Program-made: the position numbers and the translations under genes | The notes under the pieces: generated by a model | Database searches by the model: none | Told to the model about the DNA's origin: nothing | The model's input: the letters and a program-made list of their open reading frames with translations, nothing else | Assembly (NCBI GenBank): GCA_037379345.1 | Contig: CM074514.1 | Location: 2,790,001-2,854,000 of the forward strand | DNA: 64,000 nucleotides | Origin: Perna viridis | Taxonomy: Eukaryota | Reading direction: 5' to 3' | Shown here: positions 51,801 to 63,800 of the stretch, one piece after another | How positions within the stretch are numbered: the first letter of the stretch is position 1 | Layout: each line of letters begins with the position of its first letter

Positions 51801-54800
51801 AAATATTGGTCAACAAAGGACAGACCTATGAAGTCAGTGAAATAATAGAGGAGCACTACCCAGGGCAAAGAATTGATGTGTTACAGGAAATTAAACCAAC
51901 AGAAACAATAGAACAATCCAAACTTGAAGAAATAAATCAACAAGAATTGTTCACTCTTACACAGGAAGAAATGATGTATACTGAGAAAATTGATGATCTT
52001 AGTCCTCAAGATGAGGTTATACTTAATGTTCATGAGAGTGATGAAATGCAAAAACCAGAGGAAAAGTTTGATGAGCTACACACAACTCAACAAGAGGAGA
52101 TGATGTTCACAGAGAAGGCTGATACCCTCAGTCCAAAAAGTGAACCTGAAATACTAAGTCATGCTGAAGAGATGGCCCAAATTGAACCTGATCATTTGTT
52201 AACAACAACACAAGAAACTGTTTACACTGAAGAGGCTGAAGACTTGAGTGCAGAAAAAGTTGATTATTCTGTTGAAAAAATTGCATCATTGGAAATTCAA
52301 GCAGTTCCTTATGAACAATCAGAAAAACTGAGCCCTGAAGAAAAAGAGATTTCTGCCCCTAAAGAGGAGGTTATAAAATTAAGTCCAGCAGAAATTCAGG
52401 CAATACATTTTGAACAACCAGATGTCACCAAAGAAATAATTAGTCCGGAGGAAATGGAAGTTCCTGCTCCGAGAGAAGAAGTTATTGAAATATGTCCTGT
52501 AGAAATTAAACCATCAGTAAGAGTTCAATCGGAAGAAATGATCTTTCAGTTGGATGATGTACAAAAACCTGAAGAAGAGACAATACAATTACCAACTAAA
52601 AAATCTGATGTTGACAAAGAAATGTCTTCATCCTCCACAATGTCTGATGAGGACTTGGTAGAAAAACCTCACAGAATTTCATTTTCTGAAGATGTAGATC
52701 CTCCCAAACCAGTCATGGAAGAAGTAGAACATACTATGGAGGCTCCAGAGGTGGATTCAGCTCCTGGAATGTTGAGTAGAGTAGAATCAGACGAGAAACA
52801 GGTATTTAAGAGTAACTCTAGGGAACAACTAATTAATTTGTCCTCTGTTTCATCTAATGCTGATCTACAAGAGGAGATAATTGACATTGATCAGTACCCA
52901 ACTGTTCAAAATAGGATAGACTACAGCCTTCAGCAAGTTGCTGACGAGGAAATGTTTGGTATCCCGGTTGACTTTGTTGCCAGAAAGAATAGTGAGAGTG
53001 ATGTGAAAGCAGAAGAATCTGGTGCACATGTTATTGATGTCATAGAACCAGCTGAACAGGTTGAGGATTTAGAAACGGGAATACCTCCTGAATCAGAAAC
53101 AGGTCTCCCAGCCAAATACTACCAGGATGCTGTAAGTGATGCTGTTTTGTTTAACATGTTACAAGAAGGTGGTAAAGTGGATGAGATACGAGCATTAATG
53201 TCTGATGATACACACAAAATGGAACTAGCTTGGGAACCTCCATCTAAGAAATACACAGATGAGGAAGAAGCAAGAGTACACTTAGTTGAAAAGAAAGTGG
53301 CTTATGATGAGAAACATGACATATTAGAGAGAAAAGAGCATTATAAAGATGGTGAAATGGAGAGTTGTGATGTAAAAAAGGAAGAATTTCGTAAAACTTT
53401 CTCTGCAGAAATAACAAAGGACACATCAGTTGAGGATGTATCATCCTCTAAATCTCTAGATATTGGGGATAAATCATATGGAGTTGAGGAAAGACAACAA
53501 AAGGTTGTTACTGATGATCAGGCTATTGCCAATCTGAAAACTAAGAAAACTGAACATGAATTTCATGCTATAAAACCTAAAGATTCGGATATTGAAATAC
53601 AAGAGACTGAAAAGAAGGAGTTACTTGATGAAACATTTGAAATATCTGTAAAATCTGATATTGAACTCAAAGAGACTGAGAAAAAAAAAGATGGACAAAC
53701 TGATGAATTGATCCATGAAGAGTCTGAACAAACTGTCACTAAAGAAACAAAAAAGGTTGTAGTTGAATCTACAACTGATCAGTTAGAATATAAAGTAGAC
53801 AAAGATAATGAAAAAATAACTAAAATCCTTGATGAACAAGTTACAGAGAGATCTGAAATTAAAGTAGAGGAAGAAAAAATTGATAAAATTAGAAAAATTG
53901 AAAAGATGGATTCTCATGATGAAATAGAAAAATTCATTGATCATAAAGAAATAAAGGAGGAGGTAGATCGTGATGCCACAATTGAGACTGATGTCAGTGA
54001 CAAACATGTTGTCAAATTTTTGTCTGAAACATCAGAAATCCTTGAAGAGGGTGAAGTTATTATAGAACCAAGTATTGATAGAATGGAGAGATTCTTGTAT
54101 CTCCCTGACGATACTGATCCTACTAAACAATTTGATACAAAAACAAGGGAGGATGACTTAACTGGAGAATTTCATGGTGATAATGATGAAGAATTTTTTG
54201 ATAGTCAGCCTGCGGGTGGCAATAGTGATGATGAAGGATTTGGTCCTTCAGATACCCCGCAACAATTAGACAGGGGAGAGTCGGTTGAAAATGATGACTT
54301 TGAGTTTTCACGAAAATTATCGTCTGCTGAGGTAGATGAACTTGAACATGAATTGAGAATGGAACAAACTGAACTGGAAAAAATCATACAGACAGTGAAT
54401 GAAGGCACAGGGACACCACAGAGTGACCGACCATTATCTCCCAGCTCTTATACTCTGGAAACTGACACTGATGTTGAAGCTAGATCTTATGAAAATGAAG
54501 AATTGATGGATGAAAATTTTGACATCTCTCAACAAATATTCATAGAACAAAAAATAGAGTCTCAAAAGCAGCAGCTTGCAAGACCACCTTCACCATCAGA
54601 CTTCACATTGATCACTTCACAAGACCAGGAAGCCCTGACAAATCTTCTAGGTCTGGACAAATCAGAGCATGAGCCACCTCTGCATGATCAAGGTAGAGTC
54701 TGTTTAGTAATATGTATGATCATCACAAATGCTTTTTTAAAAATCCAATTTTAGTTCTTTTTGTTGTTAGTGGATTTTGTTACATAGAATCTGTGAAGTT

Positions 54801-57800
54801 TTAAGTTAGAATGTCCCTGAAAAAAAATTTCTATGTAACATGAAATTTAATTTATTAGTTTACATTAGAAACAATTTCAGAGAGCATGTGTGATGATCAG
54901 ACTGGTATCGTTTTAGATAGTAATGATCAAAACAGCACAAACGTTGCATGAACAACTTTTCATCGTGTGTCAAAGTACTGTATGTTATTGTCTTACACTA
55001 AAAAATGACACTTTATTCACAGAATCAATAACCTTACAAAACAATAAGCTATGATATGAATTGGCAAGTTAGTTCTGTTAAGCTTTGATTGATTACCTTA
55101 GAAACTGAATGATAACTGAAATAAAAAGTATTAAGGAACAAATATAAATAATGTAAGAATTCACTAATAGATAATTATTTTTGTGTTTTGTCATGAAATC
55201 AGTAAAATTTGCTTTTCTAAGGAACATAAAGTGCAGCAACCAAATTACAAATCACACTGACAACACACTTTGATTGACTTGTGTAGTTTCTAATGACACT
55301 TTAACATGTGTAGTTCACAATGAAATGATGCATGGTTACTGTAGGTGACTTAAAAACAGTGCCATTATTATTGTAAAGAGCATCTTATGTTTTAAGAATA
55401 TTATATAGATTTGACTTGTCTTTTTTAGTAGTCTCTGAAGTAAAATATGATTAATACTGTCATTTAAGTATAGGGAAAAATTCACTGTTTTGAGTGATGT
55501 TGTGTCATTTAAACACTCCCTGTTTCATTTCTATTCATTCATATATAAATTCATTGCTTTTTAATTTTATATTTCAGAATCTGAATTTTCAACAACTTCC
55601 AATGAAATTCAGGAAGGTTTTGACATAGAAAACAAAGACAATGTGGTCACACAACAACAAACCACATCAAGTTTACCACCAATAAATCAACAAATGGAGA
55701 ATCTCCAACGGGCTGAAGGCAAAACTATCATTTCAAGTTATGAAAATGTATATGATGGTGTTGGTCTTGATCCTAGAATAAATCGAATGTCTGGAGATGC
55801 TAGTGAATTAGATATAGGTGACAGGTTTGATACAAAGCAGGCTGAACAGCTTCAGGCCTCTGAAAGGTCATCAAGTTATGAACAAATCTATGATAAGGAG
55901 GCAGAGTCAATACTAGGTGAGTCAACCAAACCATCTTTGTCATCTCGCCATGCATGTCCTATCTATATAACTGTCGAGGAAGGACTCGATAAGTTATCGT
56001 CCGAGGAACCCAAATCTGACATACACAAGGATTTTAAAGAGAGATCATTGTCATGTGAAACCCAGCTAGAAGTAGACCATCAAGATTTACGTTACAGACA
56101 CAACTCCTCTCCAGACATGTCTGTTTTTACTCTTGCCTCGTATCAAAATCAATTCAGTCCAGGTAGTTCTCTCCCTTTATGCACTTTAATGTCCTTCATT
56201 TCAGCTTTTGATGTGCTTTTGTTGTTATGGGATTAGCACAGTCATTTAATTTCTCTTAAAAAACAACAATCTATTCAATTTCATATTTTTTTTTACAATT
56301 CTTTTTCTGCATGATTTCTTGGTTCTTAATATTTTTCTGAAAGTTTTCTTTTGTTTTATTGTACTAATAAAAAAGTCTCAATTAAAAGATTGATCTGTAT
56401 GTGAATTGAAGTGAATTATCTTTAATAGTTATTTTCTTTTAAAATTGTGATTTTATCAAATATTAAATATATACATACTTATGATTGTTAAAATTAAATT
56501 ATCACAAAATTGATGAAGAAAACTTTTTTTCCATTTACAATACAAATTTTGATCATGTTTCATTTCATTTTCTCAGTAAAATAAAATACATATTAATTAA
56601 CTTGCTGTCATAGAAAGGCAACACCAAATGTTTCTCTTTTCTTTCACTTTACTTTGATTTCTGCAGGAGCTATTTAACTCGTTTTCAACATTTCCCAATC
56701 GTAGAATACTTTATATGAGCAACTACATTAAAACAGCTGATCGGATTCCTTCTTGTAGGATAAAGTGTGCATACTGTATTGCCAGTTGTTCCTTTCTCAC
56801 TATGTATGATCATGTAGTGCAGATGTTCTCTACTATTTTGATTCATTAGATATTGTAAGAGTTATGAGGTTTAATTTTGCTCCTCTACTCGCCGACATGA
56901 ACTAACACTCAGTAATAGACTCATCTTCTTAGAAACCTCTTGACATATTTTGTCCATATTCAGTAGGATTTATTATTATGATGTGAAGCCATTTTGATTT
57001 GATAATTTTTGTGTGTGTTTCAACATTTATCAATCATAAGAGAACTTGTTGATGCATTTCCTGTGATTTCAAAGTGTAGATGTGCATAATGCACCACAAT
57101 TTTGATTGAACAAATTTCTAAGAAATTTTGGGACTTTGACAAATTCAAATCTTTTGAGCAGTGTGGATATATGGTTAAGTAGATTCAATCCATGTCTTAT
57201 CATGAACACTATTGAAAATTTAGTTGGTAATAAATCCTTTTAAAAAAAAAAAGCATTTGGTGTTTGCAACTTATTAATATGAGGGTATGCTTGATTAGGT
57301 CCGTGTATACAAATACATTATCTTTTTGTGTTTGTTTAAGCTTCCTTGTTATACCTTATGAACTCTTGTTATCACACATATTTATTAAGCATTTTAAAGT
57401 CTTAAATTGTTAGAAAGATAAAAAAGAATAAATTGGTGGTGTCTGGTTTTATTATGTCACTACTGTTAATTTTGCTGATTACTTTACAAATGCCTCAAAC
57501 ACAATTATTGATGATGTATTGTATGCTAGTACATGTATGATTATCATGATAGGACACCATGCATGTGTGTTGTCAATAATGTTGTACACATCTATACATA
57601 TTATTATATTTCATATTAATTTTTTTTATATATTTGTATGTTTTTGCTGGAAAAATGTAATTATCCATAGATACTTTACTAGGTTAATGAAATGTGTGTG
57701 GCCTCAAATTAAATAGAATGTATATTTAGAATGCATTTTGTAGTGAGACTTTTGTGCCATTAAGTATTTTTATTCACCACTTTGGAATGTTGATTTAATT

Positions 57801-60800
57801 TTTCAATTTATAATGTGATCTTTGGTGCTTATGATGACCACTACCGCTCATTATGGAATCCTTTAATTATCATTCTTATTTTTTCTCTACAAGCTGCTGT
57901 TGATGAGGATAAGTCATCAGTATCATCACGTTCTGACGTAGCTCAGCTCGATGATGTCAAAGGTACAATTCACATTCTCATTTAACATGTTGCTTTATAT
58001 ATTTGGTTCATAGTGTGAACTAGATTTCAGCATAAAATTATACATGACTTTTAAAAAAATGTTTATCTGTCTAATAATGAATATGTTTTAGCCATAGTTG
58101 TGTATATTTTTTTGTGCTAGAAATACCCTTCACACTGTAAAATGTGCATTTAAGTATTTAAATTATCATTAATTTTCCACTCTATGCATTTTAAAATTAA
58201 TTTAATATAAGTTAAAAAAAAAAATATTAGAAAATGCTTTATTACAAAAGTTGGAAACTTATTTTGAAAAAATAAATAAAATAAATTCAGGTAGGATAAT
58301 TAGATGTAATGGTATCTAAAATTCTCTTTTGATTTTTAAAGATATATCGACATTCCTTACCCAAAAATGTTTATTGTAATTTTTTGGTCACAGTTATTAC
58401 CGATTGATACTGATGCATTAAGTTACTAACATTTTAACGTTTAGATGCTGAGCTTGGTGATACTACTGAAGGAAAGGTTGTGGATACAGATGTTGAGGAG
58501 CAGTTCTCTCCCCTTCCCCAACCTGATTCTGATCACCCTACTTTTTCTTTCTCTGAGTCTCCTGTTGACAATGTTTCCCCAACCTTTATAGAGGAGCGTG
58601 TCTCCCCTGTTCAGGACACTCTAGGTGTGGTTGGTAATATCTCTGTAGGTGTTTCTCCATCAGATTTTATCATGGAAGAAGATGAATCTGAGGAGGGAGA
58701 GCAAGATGACCACCATTTCAAAGTCATTGAGAAGTCTCAGGAAGACGGTTCTATCGAAGATTATCAAGTGTGCAAAACTGATTCTGTAACAAAATTAAAT
58801 GAAATTAAATCTGCAGAAATATGCCGTGCCAAAGAAATTAAACAAGACATTCATTTTTCTGATTCATTTGATGAACCTGTGTCAGAAGAACGTAGAGAAA
58901 AACTTGGTGATATGGCATTTGAAAACTATGCTTTCAGTGAGGAAGATTCAGAAATGGAGGAAATATCAAAACAGCAGCCTCATTCAGCAGGCAGGGAAAT
59001 ATCACCTGAAGATCTCAAGGAATCTTTCACTGAATTTAGCTTTGATGAGAATCAAATGCAGGACCTTAAAACTGATCTCAGACAAACAGGTCAGCAAGGA
59101 TTGTATGAGGCTAAGTTATTACAAAATCAATGTTTGCCAATTGAGGAAGAGATGCTGGATGAAGCTGCTGGAGGTTATGATATCCCTCAACAACAACCAT
59201 GGGAGGCTGAACATCAGTTTAAACGTCAATTTTCTGATCCTTATGAAGATAAAGCATCAACATTTACACATATGGCAACTGCTCAGTCATTAGACATGGG
59301 AAGTTTTTACCATCATGAACAAATCCTTCAATCCAATATATTAAAATCTGATAGGAAAGAATCAATAGATGAACCATTGCCACAGTCTTGGTTAAATGAA
59401 CCACATGACCTTATTTCAGAAACCCATGAACAGACTGTTATTACCAGTATTCTAGAGAGCAGAAAATATGAATTGGAGATGCTACAAAGAGAAGAAGCAG
59501 AAACTGAAGTAGAATCTGCTGAGGTAGCTGTACAATTCCCAGAATCCTTTGTGCTGAAGACTGTTGTTGTTCCTGTGAGAACTCAAGTGACAACTGCTGG
59601 TGGGACTGAGGCTTCTAGAGAGGAGTTTTCAGGGGAAGATTTGTTTGCACGTGATAATGTCACAACTGATCCCTCTATCACTCCTGTAAAAGAGAGTGTT
59701 CCATTAGATACTGAAGTTGTTAGTAAAATATCAAGGATAGCTCAGGAAGAATTGCTACAAGAAGGGGCAGATGAACAAGATCGTTCTATATCTCCTTCTG
59801 TAGACAGTGAAGAAATACCAGAGGAAGCTACAGAACGACCATCAAGTTTTCCTACAGGGAAATTCCCCATGGGATTGACTCACTTTGGAAAAAATCTAGC
59901 GGACAATGAAGTGTATGAGTCTTCAGAGACTGGTGGAGACACAACAGAGGAGAAGTTATCTCCCATCGAGGAAACACCTACTGATGAATTCCTTGAGGAA
60001 CAAGAAGAAACTCAAGTTCCTGTTACAGCAACAGAAAAGAGGGTTACATTTCAAACAGATACTCAACATTTGACATCTCTCTCTAGTGAAGAATTAATCA
60101 AAACATCAACTTCATCATCAGAAATGGAGCCCACATTACTAGCTGCTTCTTATGACTTGGAATCAGGACATGTTTCTAGAGTAGTTACAACATATGATAT
60201 ATCTCCAGACTCAGTGGAGAAACAGTTTCCCGCTGTACCAGCAATGACTAAGGCCATTTTATCTAGTCCCGAAGATGATGTCTTTGAGGAGGATTCCCAA
60301 GGGGATGTTGCCAGTCCTAACCTCTTGGTTGTGAGCACTCCTAGGAAACAACAGCCTTTACAAGTATCAAGTTCTACTGAGTCTTCTATTCCATCACCTC
60401 CTGCCCCTACACCTAAAGACAATACAATGGACCAACATGAGACAGAACCTGACCTTGAGGGAGCTGCCATTAAGCTTCAGGAAGAAATAACAGAAATGGA
60501 AACAGTCAAATTAAAATGTGATATACAGGAAACTGCCATTAAATTCAAGGAGGAAGTGACCGGTCATGAAACTGTCTCACTTGAATCAGATGAAGAAGAC
60601 AAGACTTCATCATTTGAACTTGTTTCTCCAACAGATGTAGATGGTTATAAGGAGTTCATTGAAGAATATGAGAAAACTCAAATGCTGAAATCTATTGAAT
60701 CGGTGACAACAAGCAGCTTTACAAGTGGCGGTGAAATGGATAAGTCAGGACAATCTTTAGAAATAGTAACTCCTCTAGACACACCTGAGCAGTTACCAGC

Positions 60801-63800
60801 ACAGGCATATGATAAGAGTGAATCTTCATTTGAACATTCTTCCCCAGTCAGCAGTGAAGCTAGTGAGAAAGGATCTCCTTTTGAGATTCCTAATATTTCA
60901 GAATTTTCTTCTGTTCTACCTGATGTGATAGAGGTTTCTGCTGTTACCAGTGATGAACAATCTGAACCTCAAATTGAGGAGACACCATTACCAAATGGCC
61001 CAACAGAAGTAGATTATAGCCCCACTATAGATTTGGATTACAGTTATGGCGGTGAGGCCTCAGCTCCTCAGACACATGAAGTAGAACTGATTCAGTCAAT
61101 ATCACCACAACCAATTGAGACAGTTACTGTCCAGGCTCCAACAGATGCTGCACAGAATATCATGTTTGAATCGAACACTGAAGGGATTATGGAGTCACTA
61201 CAATCAACAGGTGGACAAGATCGTCTATTGATGTCTGATCAAACTCTTTATGGATATGACATGCCATCTGAAGAAAGTGGACTACATTCTTTATCAACGT
61301 CCTTGTTGGAGAGTTCAGTAAAACACGAATCTGAGGCAGAAATTGATTTGTCTACATCTTTACTAGAGAGCTCAGTAAAACATGAAACTGAAGCTGATGT
61401 TGATTCTGGTGCTTTGACATCTCAAGGTGATGAAGAAGTTTCAGATCAAAGTGAAATTAAGGAACTTACAATTAAAACTGAGGAAACTACTCAACGAGAG
61501 CTAATTTTTAATGAGCAAACAATGACACAAAAAGAAAAACAGGAATCATATGCTAAAAGTCCTGGAGAAATTTACCCTGGCAAGCGCTCTTTACAGCTTT
61601 CTGATGATGAACAACAAAAAAGTCTAGAGAAAGAGGTTGAAATGGAGATACTTGTTAGATCGTCAGAAGATATAGAAGATTTATTAGATGAAAAGGAACC
61701 TGAATTGGATGAGGAAATTGCGGAGATATCAAAACAGATTGAGGACCAACAAGAGCAAGAGGTTTCTACCTGTAGAACCGATGAACTAGGTGCTACATGT
61801 TTGATGGATGAGTTAGACACTAGGTCTATGGATGATGGTCAGCGACCAGTGTCTAGTGAATCATATTTCTCTCAGCTGGATTTCCAGGAAGACCAGCAAG
61901 AATTGTTTGATCTGAGAGTTGACTCTGCCGACCTTGAGAGACCTATTACTCCAACTCCTATGGATATGAAACAACACAGATATGATGATGGAGAAGACCA
62001 AGGGCAAGAGGATATTGAGGAGGCAGCTGAAGAACTAGTAGACTCTGTAATATATGAAGCTTGTAATAGAGTTCAAAGGGATGAGAATTCAAACTGTAGC
62101 AATGTAACTGATGAAAATGACAAAGCTGCTGAACCAAATGAAGCCCTGCAACTTGAGTCTGCTATGTTATTAGATGAATTTTTAAAAGGAGACCCAACAA
62201 AAGAAACTGTTGATCAGGTATCTGATTTACCACAAACTGCTGTCAAAACAAGTCCTACAGGTGCCAAACTTATACGTCAGCCATCAGAGGATATTCCTGA
62301 AATCACTATTACTCAACATCTTCATGAGGAACTTGATTCGGATGAGGAGGCAAAATATATTGCAACATACCAAGTCGATAATGAAAAGGAAAAGAATGAT
62401 AACCAGGAACAAGAGGATTTAATATCTGCAAGCCAGTCTCACCAGATTATGTCTCAGATACATGGTCCAGGCATAACACCTACCTGTATTCCAGAGGAGG
62501 ATGAGGAGGTAGAGGATGAAATACTACCTCAAACAGCTCAGCATACTACAGTAAGGAGATATGACCTCACTGACTATGGACCAACATGCATCCCTGAAGA
62601 AGAGGACATTGAAGATGAAATCACAACTGAAACAGTATCTAAGTCATCGGCAACTAGACCTCTACAAATGTTTGTGTGTCCAGGAGCTGATACAACAGAT
62701 TCAACAAACACAAGCTCTGTGATTAGTCAATCTACTTCTAGTACTTCAAAAATCACTCATTCTTCGGCATCTACCTCAAAAACCAAACAGTCCACAATGA
62801 CTGAAGTTACTATTTCTAAATCAAGTACAACAAGTTCATCTTATAGATACTCAGAAACTACACAATCAACACACATAGAAGCAACACAGTCATCTATTCT
62901 ATCACATGATCTTGTTGCCTTGGAGATAGATATTAACAAAGGTGATCAAGGTCAAAAGGAAAGTGACACTGAATCTCTTGAGGAATATGAAGAAGATGAA
63001 AAACCAGAAACTGAAACAAAATCTGAAGAATATAAATCAGCAGCTGAGATGAAGTCTGAAGAATCTAGTCCTGAAACCGATCATTTTTTTGAGTCATCCT
63101 CTGGTCCTGATACACTCATTGAGGCAGCACCTATTCAAAGTGAATCCCTGTCTGAAGCGACTGAATCACCATCAGAGGAACTACCTGGTAGTGCAGAAAC
63201 ACCAACTGAGCAGGAATATAAAAGTATTGTCCCTGAAGAACCGCACACTGATCCCCATGACATGGGATTTGTAGATGATGCAGGTGACTCATCAAGTATT
63301 GATAGTTTTACAACAGTCGTAGCTGCTGATGAACAGGAAGATGATGATGAAAACGTAGATAGTCGATTAGATGATTTTAGTTCAATGACATCATCTATAC
63401 ACTCAGACTTACCTGAAGATGATTCCCATGAGGCTTCAGGGCCTATTATTGACTGGGGACAACAGCCTATGTTTGATTTAGACACAAAGGTCTTTCCTTC
63501 TGAGGAGAAACCGATCGCTGCTACCACCTTGGTCCCAGTTACAGTCAAACATGAAAAGATTACAGAGGAAGTAAAACTTCCCAGGAAACAGGAATCTGAT
63601 AATAAACATTTACCTAAAACAGAAAATGAATTACTGAGACAAAAACTTTTAGAGTTAGAAATCAAACACGACAACTTCATTGACGAAAAGGATGATGAGG
63701 ACTTTGGAGAAGGACCTTTGATAGAATGGGGACCAAGAGAGGAGGAGGGTAGTGAATCTTCCTTCGAGAGTGACAGGTATGAGTACATTGACAAAACAGC

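Noticed and set aside
47909-54754. 2281-aa ORF as a stand-alone intronless gene
   Set aside because: Its ATG lies in a pyrimidine tract between a TACTAAC branch point and an AG acceptor, and a phase-matched donor at 54692 precedes the stop; it is best read as an internal ankyrin exon.
56630-56680. Strong pyrimidine tract plus ctgcag acceptor followed by GAI-stop
   Set aside because: Appears to sit at the edge of a degenerate repeat, with no exon-like composition or donor.
60382-60393. SxIP (SSIP) EB1-binding motif as in vertebrate giant ankyrin-G
   Set aside because: Single match with acidic neighbours rather than the basic context SxIP motifs need.
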